A program made the position numbers and the translations under genes. A stretch of 63,891 nt of DNA, counting the filler, from Octopus bimaculoides (taxonomy: Eukaryota): assembly GCF_001194135.2 (NCBI RefSeq). It is 6 parts of 5 records of this genome, joined end to end, with 100 filler letters (N's around TTAATTAATTAA, not from the genome) between each part and the next. Parts side by side here need not be neighbours in the genome. Positions count along the whole stretch, not along the records: positions 7,546 to 20,873 come from NC_068992.1; positions 20,974 to 34,308 come from NC_069006.1; 4 more parts are not named here. One strand, given 5' to 3'. The notes beneath the pieces were generated by a model. The model saw only the letters and a program-made list of their open reading frames with translations. It made no database searches and was not told where the DNA came from. Below are positions 12,050 through 26,588 of this stretch, piece by piece. Position 1 is the stretch's first letter; each line of letters opens with the position of its first letter.

Positions 12050-13425
12050 NNNNNNNNNNNNNNNNNNNNNNNNNNNNNNNNNNNNNNNNNNNNNNNNNNN
12101 NNNNNNNNNNNNNNNNNNNNNNNNNNNNNNNNNNNNNNNNNNNNNNNNNNNNNNNNNNNNNNNNNNNNNNNNNNNNNNNNNNNNNNNNNNNNNNNNNNNN
12201 NNNNNNNNNNNNNNNNNNNNNNNNNNNNNNNNNNNNNNNGGGGGGGGGGGGCTTTAACCAATCGATGGTTTCAATCCACTACTCAAAAGCAGAAATTACC
12301 CCACAGTTTCCACTTACAAGGAGTCTGTCGAACTATGACTACGATGGAAAGCAGATACCCAGTGTGTCGCTCAGTGGGATGGAACTCAAAAAGTAGTGTC
12401 AAAACGAACTTCTTAAGCACACATCCATGCCTACGCTTGTTCTTATTTTATTTTTATTATTACTCCTTCGTAACACAGTGTAGGTAAAAATGCACCATTA
12501 TTATTATTATTATTGTTGTTGTTGTCGTTAGAGCAGTGGATTGACGAAATCATTGGAACTTCGGATGAGATGTATCGTATTATTTGTTCCGACTCTGTAC
12601 GTTCTATAATCAAATCATATTACGATCAATAAAATAATGTACCAGTCAAATACTGGAATCAATGATATCGACTAGCGCCTGGTTTTATGCTTACATTGGA
12701 AACCATTATTAATTCCTCACAAAAATTAATGTGATTTTCATAATTAGCATGCATAACTATATCTGTGAAAGAAATTTCACAAAAAAATTCAGGTCTAAGT
12801 CAAACGGAAAATATTCCTAGAAAACTATTGTTTTATTTACTCATATTTGTGTAACCAAATTATGAATAAGAAAAATCAACGTCACTGAGTGTGAGACTCA
12901 GTGAAGTTGAGGCTACCTCGTTACCTCATTACATTATTATCATCGCTATTGTTACTGTATTTGTCGCTGATAATGATATTGTTGCTCTTATTGTCGTGAC
13001 TGTAACTACTGCTGTTTTTGTTGTCGTTGCTGCTGCTGCTGCTGCTGTTGTGGATGTTCATCATATCATTGATATTGACGTTGTTTTTGTTGATAGTGGT
13101 GATGGTGGTGCCGCGGTTACGGTTCTTGTATATTACTGATGATGGTGTTGCTGCTGTTCTTCTTACTGTTTCTGTTATGGTAGTCATTGTTGATGTAGAT
13201 TCTATAATTGGTGTTGCTGCTGCTGTGCTTGTTATTCGTACTGATGTTGTTGTTGTTGTTGTTACGATGTTATTTGGAATGAAAGAGATCTGTTGTTGTT
13301 GTTTTTTTTATGTACTTCTATACAGAACCACAAGAGGAAATGGTTCGTGGAATGCTGAGTGGGTGAGGAACAGAGGGAAGGAGAGAGCGGGAACAATATA
13401 TACAAACTATATATGTCTGTGTGCC

Positions 13426-13521
<96 letters not shown>

Positions 13522-13704
13522 NNNNNNNNNNNNNNNNNNNNNNNNNNNNNNNNNNNNNNNNNNNNNNNNNNNNNNNNNNNNNNNNNNNNNNNNNNNNNNA
13601 CACACACACATGTATATATATATACACACATGTATATATATATACATATATATATACACATACACACACATATATATACACACAAACTATATTGTCTGCG
13701 TATC

Positions 13705-13739
<35 letters not shown>

Positions 13740-13876
13740 TTTGTGTGTATGTGTATATATAGACATATAAATGTGAGTATTGTGTGTATACACACACACA
13801 TACATGCACACATACGTGTATATATGTATATATGTGTGCATACATACACATATATATATATGTATATGTGTGTATA

Positions 13877-13940
<64 letters not shown>

Positions 13941-14663
13941 GTGTAGGTTGGCCGGATATTGCCATTTCATTAGTGACACCAGTGTTAGGTGGACATTGTG
14001 TGAAATGTTACTTGGATAATTTAGAATGTGTGGGAGGGAGAAAGAAAGAGAAGGTGTGAGAGAGAGATGGAGAGAGAGAGGGGGAAATAAACAGGTAAGA
14101 AAGCGTGTGGGTGGGTGGGGGCGCATCAATGAATGAGAAGAACAAAGAAACAAAGAGTTGAAAGCTAAAATAAAGGAAAATAATGAAATGAGGGAAATGT
14201 AAAAAAAAAAATGGAATAAAGGAATGAAAAATGGATGGAAGGAAGGAAGGAAGGTAAAAAAAGAGGAAAAAGAAAGTAGCAAATAGAGAGAAGGAAGGAT
14301 AGAAAGCATTTAAACTGGTCACATCTGGCTCAAATATTCGACTGTTTTTATATTCAAATAGGCCAGATCTGTCTTCTCATACCTATCTTACAATGCCATT
14401 CTAAAACTAAATGGTGTTGGTGTGTTTACGTCCCCGTAATCTAGCAGTTTGGCAAAAATGATCGACAGAATTGGTAACAAGCTTTTTTTTAAAAAGTACT
14501 GGAGCCGGTTCGTTCGACTAAAATCCTTCAAGGCGTTGCTCCAGCATGGCTGCAGTCTAATGAGTTATACAAGTTAAAAATAAAAGATAAAAGAATCACC
14601 AAATATCACAAAATATCAAAGCTATGAGATAATGCAGAATTCATTCAAAACAATGTGAATAAA

Positions 14664-15376
14664 TACGTGGTCTGATCAGTAAGTATCCGGACTGGTGTCA
14701 TAGCAACGAAGCTAAAGCACGCAGTGTGAAGCCGCTCGGCACAGATTGACCTTCAGCTCTGCTGTGCATGCGCATTACGTTTTAACGTTCTAGTTCACTT
14801 CCACTGTTTACAACAGTGCTTAGAAGGAAGATGTGTAGCGTGTGATCGTCGCATTGACCACGACAGAGAAAGTTGTTCTGAGAATCTGCATCAAATTTTG
14901 CCTAAAGCTTGACGATACCTATTCAGAGGTCTACGCAAAGTTTTCAAAAAAGTTTTCATCGTTCTCGACACAATGAAGAAGATCTTGTGCAACTGAATCT
15001 CAAGTATCCTTTTGGTCAGCTGAAAGCAGTTTTGGCACAAATTTGGCAGACACGTGTCTCAGACTCAAAACTTTAGTGATAATGGACTGAAGTGAACCGT
15101 AACTAATCTACACTTCCTCCGATAACCCACGGATGGTGATTCGACGATTTACCTTCACAGTTGCACGCACATCTGCGATGTTTTTCTCAGTTCTGCTGGT
15201 TGCAGGTCTCCCAAAATGTTCGTCAATATCAACATTTTTTCGGTCATCTTGGAAACGTCTGAACCACATCTACACTTGTGTGCAACTCATACACTCCTCT
15301 CCTTACACTTTCTGCAACTTTGCACAGGCCACTGAGCAGGTATCGCCACGACAACTTTCTCTGTCATGGTCAATCT
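14664..15376. mobile_element. Mariner family 1: 5' end on + (TIR-like start TACGTGGTCTGATCAGTAAGTATCCGGAC, ..RICIKFC..) fused to an inverted (-) N-terminal transposase fragment (about 14935-15376)
   Basis: The - strand reads ...WFRRFQDDRKNVDIDEHFGRPATSRTEKNIADVRATVKVNRRITIRGLSEEV*ISYGSLQSIIT..VSAKFVPKLLSADQK (HTH region and the WVP-equivalent FVPKLL). The start-codon region GACAGAGAAAGTTG occurs in both orientations. Confidence 0.8.
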
Positions 15377-15902
15377 GGAAGATCTGGAGAGCTCGACGAG
15401 GATGTTCTGCAAACGCTGGTGGAACAAAATCCCATTGTAACTGTTGAAGAACTAGCAGAGAAGCTTGGATTTGGTCATTCAATCAGTCATTTAAGTCAGC
15501 GCTAGAAGAAAAACGACCATCATTGGTTTCGAGACGAAAGGTGTTCTTCCATCAGGATAATGCTCGGCCACATACAGCGAGGATGACACCCCAAAAGCTG
15601 GAGCAGTTTGAATGGGAAACAATGCCCCACCCACCATATTCGCCAGACATTGCTCCATCTGATTATCATTTATTCCGCAGTCATCAAAATCATTTAGACG
15701 AGGTCAGAACAGTACTAGAGAAGTATTTTTCGTCACGGTCAAGTAAAGTTTGGAAGAAGGGCCTTGCAAATCTACCAGATAGATGTAAGAGCATTGTAGA
15801 AAATGAAGGAGAGTATATTTTAGATTAAAAGAAAACTTTGTTTATCTTAACTTTGAAAAACAAAGTACTAAAAACACGTATTATTTATGGAATCACCCAA
15901 TA
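15377..15902 (+). mobile_element. Mariner family 2: internally deleted transposase C-terminus with 3' TIR
   Basis: FFHQDNARPHTA...HPPYSPDIAPSDYHLFRS...VENEGEYILD* (mariner catalytic-domain motifs); ends ATTATTTATGGAATCACCCAATA. Confidence 0.9.
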
Positions 15903-16029
15903 ATATATATGTATGTATGTATGCATTATATCACTGAATCAGTTTCGACCATACTATCGTATGTTATTACACACCTCTGATCACAATGCACTTTCTTGAT
16001 TGTGCCCTTCTTTTCCACCTTAGCTCAAA

Positions 16030-16920
16030 TTAACTAAATCATCTTTCCATCATCGTGGACACCTTCCAAATGGTGTTTGCTGATTTCTTGGATTTTACTC
16101 GACGACTGTACGGTTCACCTGTTATCTGTGAACCTTGCGTTGTGTTCAGCTTGGTGGAACTACTGCTTCCGGTATTCTGCGATCACATCGTTCATTCTGC
16201 TCCTTTCTCAAATTACTCCATTTTGAATACACTCTCACAATGATATTCCAAACATGGATCTTTCCATGGCCTTTTGCGTCATAGCTAATCGATGTTCTTC
16301 ACTTCGTAGTACCTAACGTCTCGCATATAATAGCGCAGATAGACGGTGCTATCGAAGAGACAGGCACGTAGGATCTTCTATCTGTTCCTTATTCTCCTCC
16401 ACAAGATCTCAACGTCTATTTCTCGGAACACATTCACTGTGCGCCAAGACATACTCATTGACCACGATATCACCACTTGCCATCTCTGTTCGGCCTTGTG
16501 CTACATCTTCGGACAGCATGTATTTTGTTTACGTGCAGTTCATTCAATGGCCGACAGCTGAGCTATGTGAGCCCAGCTCAGCCAGCATAGTCTACAGCTG
16601 TAAGGTGGTGAGTGGGATTTCGTTTGCGAATCAGAGGTGTTTTAATAGCTAGCTGTTGTTCACACCACTTGGCCAGTCAATATTTTTGATGACCATTTCT
16701 AAAGATGCAGCAAAGGCCTTTGAAGAGATGGTATCTCCTCGTTTGATGCCCTTCTCCATTGGAAGTCTTAATGGCAGTGAAAGCAGCCAGAGCAGTGATG
16801 CATCCAGAATTTACACCTCTGAGGGCTTTGGGGTTTTGCACCTTGACTGCTCGCATTTTCAGCACTTCATTCATCTCAACAGACTATCAAAGGCCTTGAC
16901 TGAGTCAACAAAATGCAGAG
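16030..16920 (-). mobile_element. Old RTE-1-like LINE relic (RT core and C-terminus), a different family from 5866-7445
   Basis: Manual translation: FVDSVKAFDS, EKGIKRGDTIS, L*FANEI (degenerate RFADDI), ACLFDSTV, QKAMERSMFGISL, ARFTDNR; many stops. Confidence 0.72.
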
Positions 16921-17511
16921 GCAGCTTTTATTCTTTCATATATTCTGTATGCAATGTGTGTGAGTGTGTATGTGCATGGGTGGACACAAAATCATATAAC
17001 GGTTATTTTTAATGCTTTTCTCGCTGGATTGCGTGTTCGTCTCTCTTTTTGCCATCTGTGATTTTTCTTTGATCTATATAAAGATATTTCCTCCGTCTGG
17101 CTGCTTTTGTTTCTACAAAACGGGAAGTTACAATGCGGAATAGTTATTTTAACGAGCTGTATATATTTACCACCCAACGAGATACATCTGCACCACCAGA
17201 TACTCCTGAACCAATTGTTGAGTGTCCCATCCATGAGGAATCGATGCAAGATGTCAAAACAAATGTTGTGATTAATAATAAATTCTTGGCTATTCCATCT
17301 TCTGTTTTTCATTTGCCATTATATATATATATATACACACTCATACATACATACATGTACACACATAAATGAACAAATATGTATAAGTACATGTATATAT
17401 ATATATATGTGTGTGTATCATACTTAAACAAGTATTGAGGGTCATAGGTCAAGACTTGTAGGTGGGAGCCCAGCATGGCCACAGCCCATTTATTTGATGA
17501 AAGGAACCTAG

Positions 17512-18649
17512 TTAACCCTTTAGCATTCAACCTGTTCTATGTTCAACCCTGCCAGACCTGGCCTCTCACGCCTACACTACAATGTGATTCTAAAAATAAA
17601 CATTGAAATCTTGAAGCTACAAGATAGTGCCTGATTAATTCAAAACAATGTGAACAATGCTTATGACCATATCACATTGAAAGCACTGGTTCTTGTCCAA
17701 ACACCAAACCTTACTCTTTTATAACCATATTCCAGTCAACATGCACCAACTTTGTTTCAATTAATTTTGAAAATGTTTGGAACATAAATTAAGATGAAAT
17801 TTCAATGGAAAGTTTTAATTTAGATCACTTTAAAACAAAATTTCTAACATACAAACAAGGGCAGGTTAAGGTGGATTGGTTTCAAAAGTGCTAAACAACA
17901 TTGAGCTTAGTTAGAACTTAAATGGGTGACTGTTTGGAAAACCTAAGTACTGTAAATATCTCACTTTTTATAGGCAGAATGTGTAATACGAAGGTGGCAA
18001 CCAAATTGCGTAGTCTTGGATTTAATCCCACAGTGCAGCTCCTTGAGCAAGTGTCTCCTACTATAAGCGCTGGGATGACCAAAGCTTTGTGAGTAGATTT
18101 TGTAGACGGAAACTGGAAAAAGCCCAGCACAACATTATCATCATCGTTTAATGTCCATCTTCCATGTAGGCATGGGTAGGATGGTTGACAGGAGCCAGCC
18201 AGGCAGAAACTATCCTAGGCTACTGTCTGTTTTGGCAGGGTTCTTATGGCTGGAGGCCTTTCCTAACACCAACCACTCCGCAGAGAGGTCTGAGTGTTTT
18301 TTTTATGTGGCACTAGCACAGGCGAGATTAGTTTTGGCATGATTTTTACAACTGGATGCCCTTAAAAAATGCCAACCACTTCAGAGTGTGGACTGGAAGC
18401 TTTTTAAGTGTGTGTGTGTGTGTGTGTGTGTTTGCCCCCCCCCCCACCACTATNNNNNNNNNNNNNNNNNNNNNNNNNNNNNNNNNNNNNNNNNNNNNNN
18501 NNNNNNNNNNNNNNNNNNNNNNNNNNNNNNNNNNNNNNNNNNNNNNNNNNNNNNNNNNNNNNNNNNNNNNNNNNNNNNNNNNNNNNNNNNNNNNNNNNNN
18601 NNNNNNNNNNNNNNNATTTGAAAGACTAATTTCAATGCTAAAAGGTTAA
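17512..18649. mobile_element. piggyBac-like MITE (TTAA/CCCTTTAGCATT termini) containing nested SINE and RTE-3'-end insertions; related partial copies near 14300-14660 and 19400-19595
   Basis: Left TTAACCCTTTAGCATT (17512-17527) versus right AATGCTAAAAGGTTAA (18634-18649), 1 mismatch, TTAA at both ends. Pairing of these two ends is inferred across a gap. Confidence 0.5.
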
Positions 18650-20166
18650 AGAAATAAACAACAACAACATTATGCAAAAGAAGTCAGATTTCTTTTTCAT
18701 ATTTTTTGCTTGGCTTTTGTTTTTTTACTTTGCAATCTCATTATAAATGTTCTTCATTTGAGAAACCAAAAATAAAGGAAAAAAAAAGATTTTTAAATAA
18801 TTTTTGTTATTTTTGTTTAAAACTCATTTGTGCCATGATAAAAGAGAAATAATTCATACGGTTGCCCTCCCCGTCTTCCACTGATGCGCCTGTGGTGCTT
18901 CTCATGGGTGGGGCTGCAGTATAGGAACATCAACAGAAAAGTCTTGGTTTATTCTCAAAGCTTTCTTGTTTTTCTATTTGTTAGTTTGTTTTTTTTTTCT
19001 TTTTTCTTTCGTAACAATTCCTGCAAGACAAGGGGTGAATAAATTCAAAGAATATAAGAAGATGCGTTAGAAAACATGTTAGTATGGAATTGGTTGTAAA
19101 AACCTGGGCAGATATTGGCATTTGGTAAGACAATATTCTCAAATTCTAGGAGACAAACTATTAAAATCTTTTGTTGTTGTGGCTTGACCAAAAACTAGTT
19201 CAGACAAAGAACTGAGACAAGAAGAGAAATACTTTATTGAAAGACTCATCTGATTCATTACAGAATGGAGACGTGGATGCAAAAATAATAACAGAGTCAA
19301 GCATATTAGATAGCATCTGTGCATTCAGTGAACCCACTAGAAATAGCAGCTAAATCATCTCTCCGAAAGAGAAGCGCACATTAGATGATGTCTTGGCAAA
19401 TGTAATGTTTATTTATTTACATTGTTTTGATTAATAATGCATTATTTTGAAGCTTTGAGATTTTGATAATGAAATTGTTTTGTTTCTAAATTGACATTGT
19501 AAGGTAGGTGTGAGAGACCAGATCTGTTTGGTTTGAACATAAAACAGGTAGAATATTTTGGCCAAATATGGTCAGTTTAAATACTAAAAGGTTAACCTAC
19601 CTAAATCTGTTGTTTTTTTTCTACTCTAGGCACAAGGCCCGAAATTTTTGAGGAGGTGGCCAGTTGATTAGATCGACCCCAGTACACAACTGGTACTTAA
19701 TTTTATCGATCCCGAAAAGATAAAAGGTAAAGTTGACCTCGGTGGAATTTGAACTCGGAACATAAAGACAGACGAAACACCGCTAAGCATTTCGCCCAGT
19801 GTGCTAACGTTTCTGCCAGCTTTCTGTCTTGACATAAATCTATAGTTGTTTAACCAAAAATTAGTTCAGACAAAGAACATCGACAAGGAGAGAGATGCTG
19901 TATTGAAACAGACTCATCTGACCCCTGCCAGAATGGACAAGTGGAAGCAAAAATAATCCATCATCTTTTTAACATCTGCTTTTCCATTCTCATATGGATT
20001 GGACAGTATCTGTTGAGATGGATTTTCTAAAGCCAACTGCCATTCCTGTCACCACCCCTCACCTGTTTCATCCATGACCATTCATGTTTTTACAGAGATT
20101 GGAAACGAAGGACACTGCCAGAATGACAGTGACACTCATTTACACATGAAGTCAAGACAAGCAGGC

Positions 20167-20198
<32 letters not shown>

Positions 20199-20727
20199 GT
20201 ATATATTTATGATGGACTCTCCTGTCGAAGATGATGTATGAGCATTCAGCTTTTGCCAAATGACCAGCACAAATGATTTGTTTATAGTGATCAAAAGTTC
20301 GTGCCACACATAAGCTCAGTCCGGCCATCAAATTGATGTTGCCTGAATAGGTGCACAGTGTACCATGTGTCAGATGTCGAAGTGATCTCAGGGAAATATG
20401 AGATGAAGTGTTTTCTTCTAGAACACAATGTACCACCTGGTCTAAGAATTGAAACCACGATCTTACAATTGTGAGTGTAACATCCTTACCACTAGATCAT
20501 GTGCCTTCACTACTTACACACACATACACAATATATACATATATATCATATTTGTATGTTTATATTAGGATTCCTAATGCAAATTACATTATCATAATTT
20601 CTATTCACTTTCTCTATAGAATTAGTAAAAATTTGAATTCATTTCAATAACAAACCATTTTCATAATATTCCTCCACTTAACTCTTATACATATACACAC
20701 ACATACATATATACGTGTGTATGTATG

Positions 20728-20767
<40 letters not shown>

Positions 20768-22066
20768 TGTATGTATGATGTATACGTTTTTTTAAATTTA
20801 TATATCTTTTTAAAGGACAATTTAAGAACTTTTTTTTGCTTTTCGTTTTCTGTCCTTTTCTTTTTTTTTAGTGNNNNNNNNNNNNNNNNNNNNNNNNNNN
20901 NNNNNNNNNNNNNNNNNTTAATTAATTAANNNNNNNNNNNNNNNNNNNNNNNNNNNNNNNNNNNNNNNNNNNNGGGGTAGTCGATTTATTTGATCCCAGT
21001 GCTCGACCCCGGAAGAATAAAAAGACGAAGTCAGCTTGGATGGAATTTGACCCAATGATAATCTGTGCATAAGGCCAGCAGTTTGAGGAATGGGACAAGT
21101 TGATTATATCGACCCCAGTACTCAACTGGTATTTAATAAATATCGTTTGCCTGGGAACATTAAAATGCTGTTGTATAATCGTCTGGATTAACTCTGGTAT
21201 ATTATTGGGTAAAATTAGCCTATTATGCTTTCAACCTTCAATTCTGATGACATTTACTCCAGAGCTAAAGCTTTTCTTTTTTAATCAACCTCTGTTAATG
21301 ACATATATTACTATCATAATTGACAACAGCAGCAGCAGTAGTAGTATTAGTAACAGGACCCCCTAAACTCACGAGTCCCACGATAGTCTACAAGTTTACG
21401 TGAAAACCATTAGGGCAGCCGAATGGACAATGCGTCAGCGTTTTCAGTCTCTCAAGTTAAAGAGCTCAGTGTTGGTTTCTGTGAAACGGGAAAACATTGC
21501 AGTGCTACTCCAGTTGTTGAGGCACGAAACCGAGCAAGTCTGCTTCAGGCAAATACCTCGGCTCTCATTCAAAAGTAACAAAGCTATTGTCACAGAAAAC
21601 CAAGCAGGGTTCCACTGTAACAATCGAGAATTCACCTCTAACGTCTAGCTCTAGTTTCACCATTTCAAACATGATGAGATATCTTCTGGATAGGGCCACG
21701 GTTTATCGCAGGATAACAAACCCTTTTGAACTAGTACTTTGGATAGGGCCCCTGATTCATCGTAGGTTAAACACACGAAGTAATACCCGCTATGAAGCGG
21801 GATGGAAGCCCGCTCACTTCGCCTCTTTCTTCACAAGAAATGGTAAAGGGTTCAATGAAGGACCCACTTTTAACCCCTTGTCAAAAAAAACCTGATTTGC
21901 TACTGGAATTGTCTAAGAAGGAATCTACGAACAGCACAGGCAGAAATAAAGACGAACATATCACAATGTAAGACATATATATATAATACGTGTATGGATA
22001 TATGTACACTCACACACACACACATATATATATATATATTATATACATACAATACACACGTGTGAA

Positions 22067-22098
<32 letters not shown>

Positions 22099-23467
22099 AG
22101 AAATAATGAACATTCAGTTGAATTAGGTACTTGAGTTGAAGCACCAAGTCAGTCCGGTATTATTCGCACAACTCGAAGTGAATAAATTCAAAATAAGCGA
22201 CAGGATGTCAAGAGGTGATGCAGAACTACTTGAAATCCTGTTACTTATTTTGATTATTTATATATATATATATATAATTAATTCAATAATAGGATGAATT
22301 CTTTTATAAGAATTTATCAAGTAGCGAGCGTGAAAAAAAAACCTCATAAGGGAAAAATCCATCATTTATTCCCCAAAATATATTTATTTATATAAGGGCA
22401 TTACTATACATGAATGCCTCACACTATGAGNNNNNNNNNNGTATATGCATGTGTATGTATGTAGAAACGTTTCTGAATACACAAAGAAAATAAAATAAAT
22501 TAAATGATGATGTTTTTCTTGTTTTTCATCCGTCGACGATCGATAAAATATGAACCAGATGGAGAATAGAGATAGATGTAGTCGCTAGTTGAGACCACAG
22601 CCCCGAAGACATTCAAAATTCCATTCACATCAAGGACGTCTAATAGGACTAGAAATCGCCCCCAATAGTTTACAGGTACTTTTCAGCTTCTTATCACACA
22701 TCCACGCCTGCATCTTTCAACATATTCTCCCTAAATTCATGAAAGTGTCTTAAACCAAAGATTTCTAATTTAAGCCCAAGGCTTTTGAAAGGGGGGGGGG
22801 GCATTGGTCAATTATAATATTTGGCCAACTCAATCAAGTAAAAAAATAAAAACTAATCAATACAGAAGCCTTTTCCCTTGTCTTTCGACCTGCTAGAAAT
22901 AGCAGCCAAATCTTACTTGTATCACACACCGATCGTTTAAAAAACGGGAGGGACGCATTAAATAATGTAAGCCTAGATACACTAAACAGTGAGGGCACGG
23001 CTGGAATGGCTTTGATCTCAGCTCCATCAAAGCTTGACTTGGAACTAAATAGCAATTTTCAACAGCCTCTAATTAACGATAATTAATTTAATGCTTATTT
23101 GATTACGGAAATATTTACCCAAGTAATTAGCATAACAAACATAACTCTCATATTTATCAGTTAACGTAAATGGTGACACAACACGAGTAATTTTAGAAAA
23201 ATAACAGATCTCCATCATCATCATCATTTAACGTCCGCTTTGCCATGCTTGCATGGGTCAGATGGAATTTGATGAGGCAGATTTCGTACAGACGGATGTC
23301 CTTTCTGTCACCAACCCTCATCCATTCCAATATCCTCATGGACAGACATGTTTTTCACAGAAGACTGGAAACAAAAAGCATCGCTTGTATGACGGTGGTA
23401 CTCATATACAGCCATCACGTGATATCAAGACAAAGATATACACACATTACACAAACACACACGTGTG

Positions 23468-23511
<44 letters not shown>

Positions 23512-24999
23512 TAATGTTTATCCCCACTTAAAAGTGGTTGTCGTGTTCGAACACCGAACACTGCAATAGTTACCAAGATAGTTATCATTTGCGTGAGAGT
23601 TACTGCCATCACCGCTGCCAAGACTACCTGATCACATGATTTCGACCTTCCTTGACCTTGTGAATGGTAGACCCCTGACCGCTAGCGATATACATAGAAT
23701 CACTGGGCCTAATTATTATTTTATATATACATCACGATATTGACCAGACTACTGGATGCTGTTTTACATTGCTGGTCACCCCACTGGCTAGGCAAGTAGG
23801 ACAACATTCACCCTAGTTTGTCATAGGGTGACCCATTTACAGCTTAGTGGACTGAAGCAACGTAAAATGAAGTGTTTTGCTCAAGAATACAATGTGCCAC
23901 TTGATCCAGGAATGGAACCCATGATCACTATATCCCGAGAGCATCACCCTAACCACTAGGTCGCGCACCTTCACACACACAGTGGGCTTCTTCCAGTTTC
24001 CGTCAATAAAATCCACTCACAATGTTTTGCTCGACCCGAAGCTATATTAGAAAACATTTGCCCAATGTGTCACGCCGTAGGATTGAACCAGGAACCGTTT
24101 GGTTGGTAAGTAAACTTCTCAACCACACAACCTCGGCTGCCTCTTTTCATTTATGATTTTCTTTCCAGGTTTAGAGCTTTCTTTCAGGGTTTCTTTCGAT
24201 TCGACTTTCTTCACGTGTAACCCGATTTTTTTTCCTTCTTTGGGGCGAAATTTATTTCTGCTGTCAGATTATGCTGTTAGCAGTTTCCATCTTTGGGCTG
24301 TAGTCATTCTGGGGCACCTCACCAAGGTAATATTTTATGGTGCCAACACCCTCTTTTCCCCCACCCCTGTAACTTCGTAAGATATTCAGATTATCAACCT
24401 CGGAAGCCGAAAAGGAAAAATCCACGTGGACCGGATTTGAACTCAGAACGTGTAGGGACTTCGCCAAATACAACCCAAATAGTGTGTCGGATGCTCTACC
24501 GGTTCTGCCAACTAGCAACCCTTTTATGAATAAATAATGTACCAGTGTTTCATGTAGGCGTCGGGCCACCAGTTTGGGGAGGGGATTGACTTAGGTGCGA
24601 AAGGAGAGGACAGAGGTGTGAAAGGAGGGACTGAGAGGGGTTGGGAAAAGCAAAACCTGAGAAAGAGTTATGAGTGATGGGGATTAAACAGACTTCTTGA
24701 GCTTTCTGTTATTTGCTTCGCACGTAGAATATTTTCTCCTTAATTACCAATTTTTCATTCCCATAATTTCTATGTATGGGGAGGAGAGGGGGAGAGGGGG
24801 AGAAAGCGTCTATCGTATGTTTTCCCTTGGTATCGTCCCGAATTATTTATAATTACACTTAATTAATCATTGAGACCGTTTGTAGGTTAAACTTCGGTTA
24901 TGAAAGGTCGAGTGGGAGTCTCTATTGTTTTTATAGCAGACAGATGGACAGATAGACGGACTGATGGGCAGTAACAGACAGAGAAATAGAGATACAGCA

Positions 25000-25051
<52 letters not shown>

Positions 25052-26588
25052 GTAGATTTCGATCAGATGATCGTAGTAATCCACAATAAAAAAAAATCGG
25101 ATAAGGATACTTGTTGTCGTCATACTACATGGCTACATGTTTCGACTATCCTCTCAAACAGCGTAATTTTCTTTGACTACGTAATATCTGGCAGCTTTGT
25201 AAGAAAACAATAAACACCATGTGTGTAGATATTTATATCTGTGTGTGCCCCCAGCACACCTCTTCATTTCCTGGTATATTCCTCGCCCATGCTTCATTGT
25301 CAATCACCTATTCCTGTCACCCTTTCTTCCCTCTCTTTTGTCCTGTCCTTGCTCGACCAACCATCCCTCTTGCTGGTTGACTATAGCTTGTTCTTTCCGT
25401 CCTCTGTCGATATTCAACCAATCTATTTATCTAATCGACCTCGCATTATGACACTTCATCTCTTCCACCTCCTGCAGCGCATCCACCACTTTCTGCTTAC
25501 CAATATTCTATCATGTCACTTCTCTAATTCCATACGTTATATTACACAGCTCTAAAACTAAAACGTGCCTTCTCTCGTACTCACTATATCTTCTCTCACT
25601 TCCCCCCTCATCACCTCTCCTAATTTCACTGTACGCCCCTTGACTGCTTACCTCCTGTACTGTTATATATCTCTTTTCCCGCCTACTCTCTCTAATCTAC
25701 TTCTCTTTACCTTTCTTTCTCTCTTTTTCACCACTCAGCACAGCTACTGCTTCTCCATTTCACATCCTTATAACATGATAGCAGGAGAAAAGCAAACAAA
25801 CAAGGAGAATATGGCTTAGCATTTTATAAAGTAAACAGCCAAGTGGCTAAGAAGTTCACTGTAATTTTAAGGTCCGGGGTTCGTATACAGTTTGGTCCCT
25901 TAGGCAAGTTTCTTTCACTCAAATCTCAAGTCGACTCATCCATCGTCAAACCATTTGTGTCAGCTCACCGGATGCACTGTTTCGATAAATGCCGCGCGTC
26001 ACAGTGTCACACCAATTGGAACAGAGACGTTAAGGAGCCACGTGTCAACAGGATACTCAGCCACTAATGTACTTAAGTCAATGTGTTGAGAGAACAATTA
26101 GATTAGCCATCGTCGAAACCGATGAAAATCCATAAATTTTATGTGTGTATATCTATATCTCCACATATATATACACTGACATACACACCTCACACATACC
26201 CCTATACACACGTCTTTGTATATATATAAATACACACACAGCAGTAGCAATATACATATGCATACATGTGTATTAGTAGATGTGTGTACAACAACAGTAA
26301 AGCAACTGTAGCGATCTCGACTGTGTCTATAGAGAGCAGTAAAGCGTGTCTAAAGGGATAATGTATTATAAACTCATAATAAATACGCAAACACTCCTGT
26401 TTGGGCCGATTCACACGGTGTTGCTGGTTGCTCTAGCTGCCAGGTCGGTTGGTCGGTTGGCTGATTGCTAGGACGTCTGTCACTCTGGTTGTCAGACGTT
26501 TGTTGAGTCGACTAGCTGGTTGGGTGGTTGGTTGGTTGGTTTGTGGAAGTTCTTCACGAAAACTCATTTCCCTGCACCACCACCCCAA

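Noticed and set aside
12891-14322. Hydrophobic or His/Thr/Cys/Val-rich ORFs resembling membrane or metal-binding proteins
   Set aside because: Translations of (GTT/GCT)n, (GT)n and (AT)n microsatellites, with no complexity or splice support. The same applies to the many similar ORFs elsewhere.
19190-19955. ~100-bp direct repeats (19190-19290 and 19855-19955) as LTRs
   Set aside because: Diverged, with no TG..CA ends, PBS or TSD; likely a local duplication.
21444-21635. 63-aa minus-strand ORF with a signal-peptide-like start
   Set aside because: Short, with no recognisable domain or splice evidence; likely chance.
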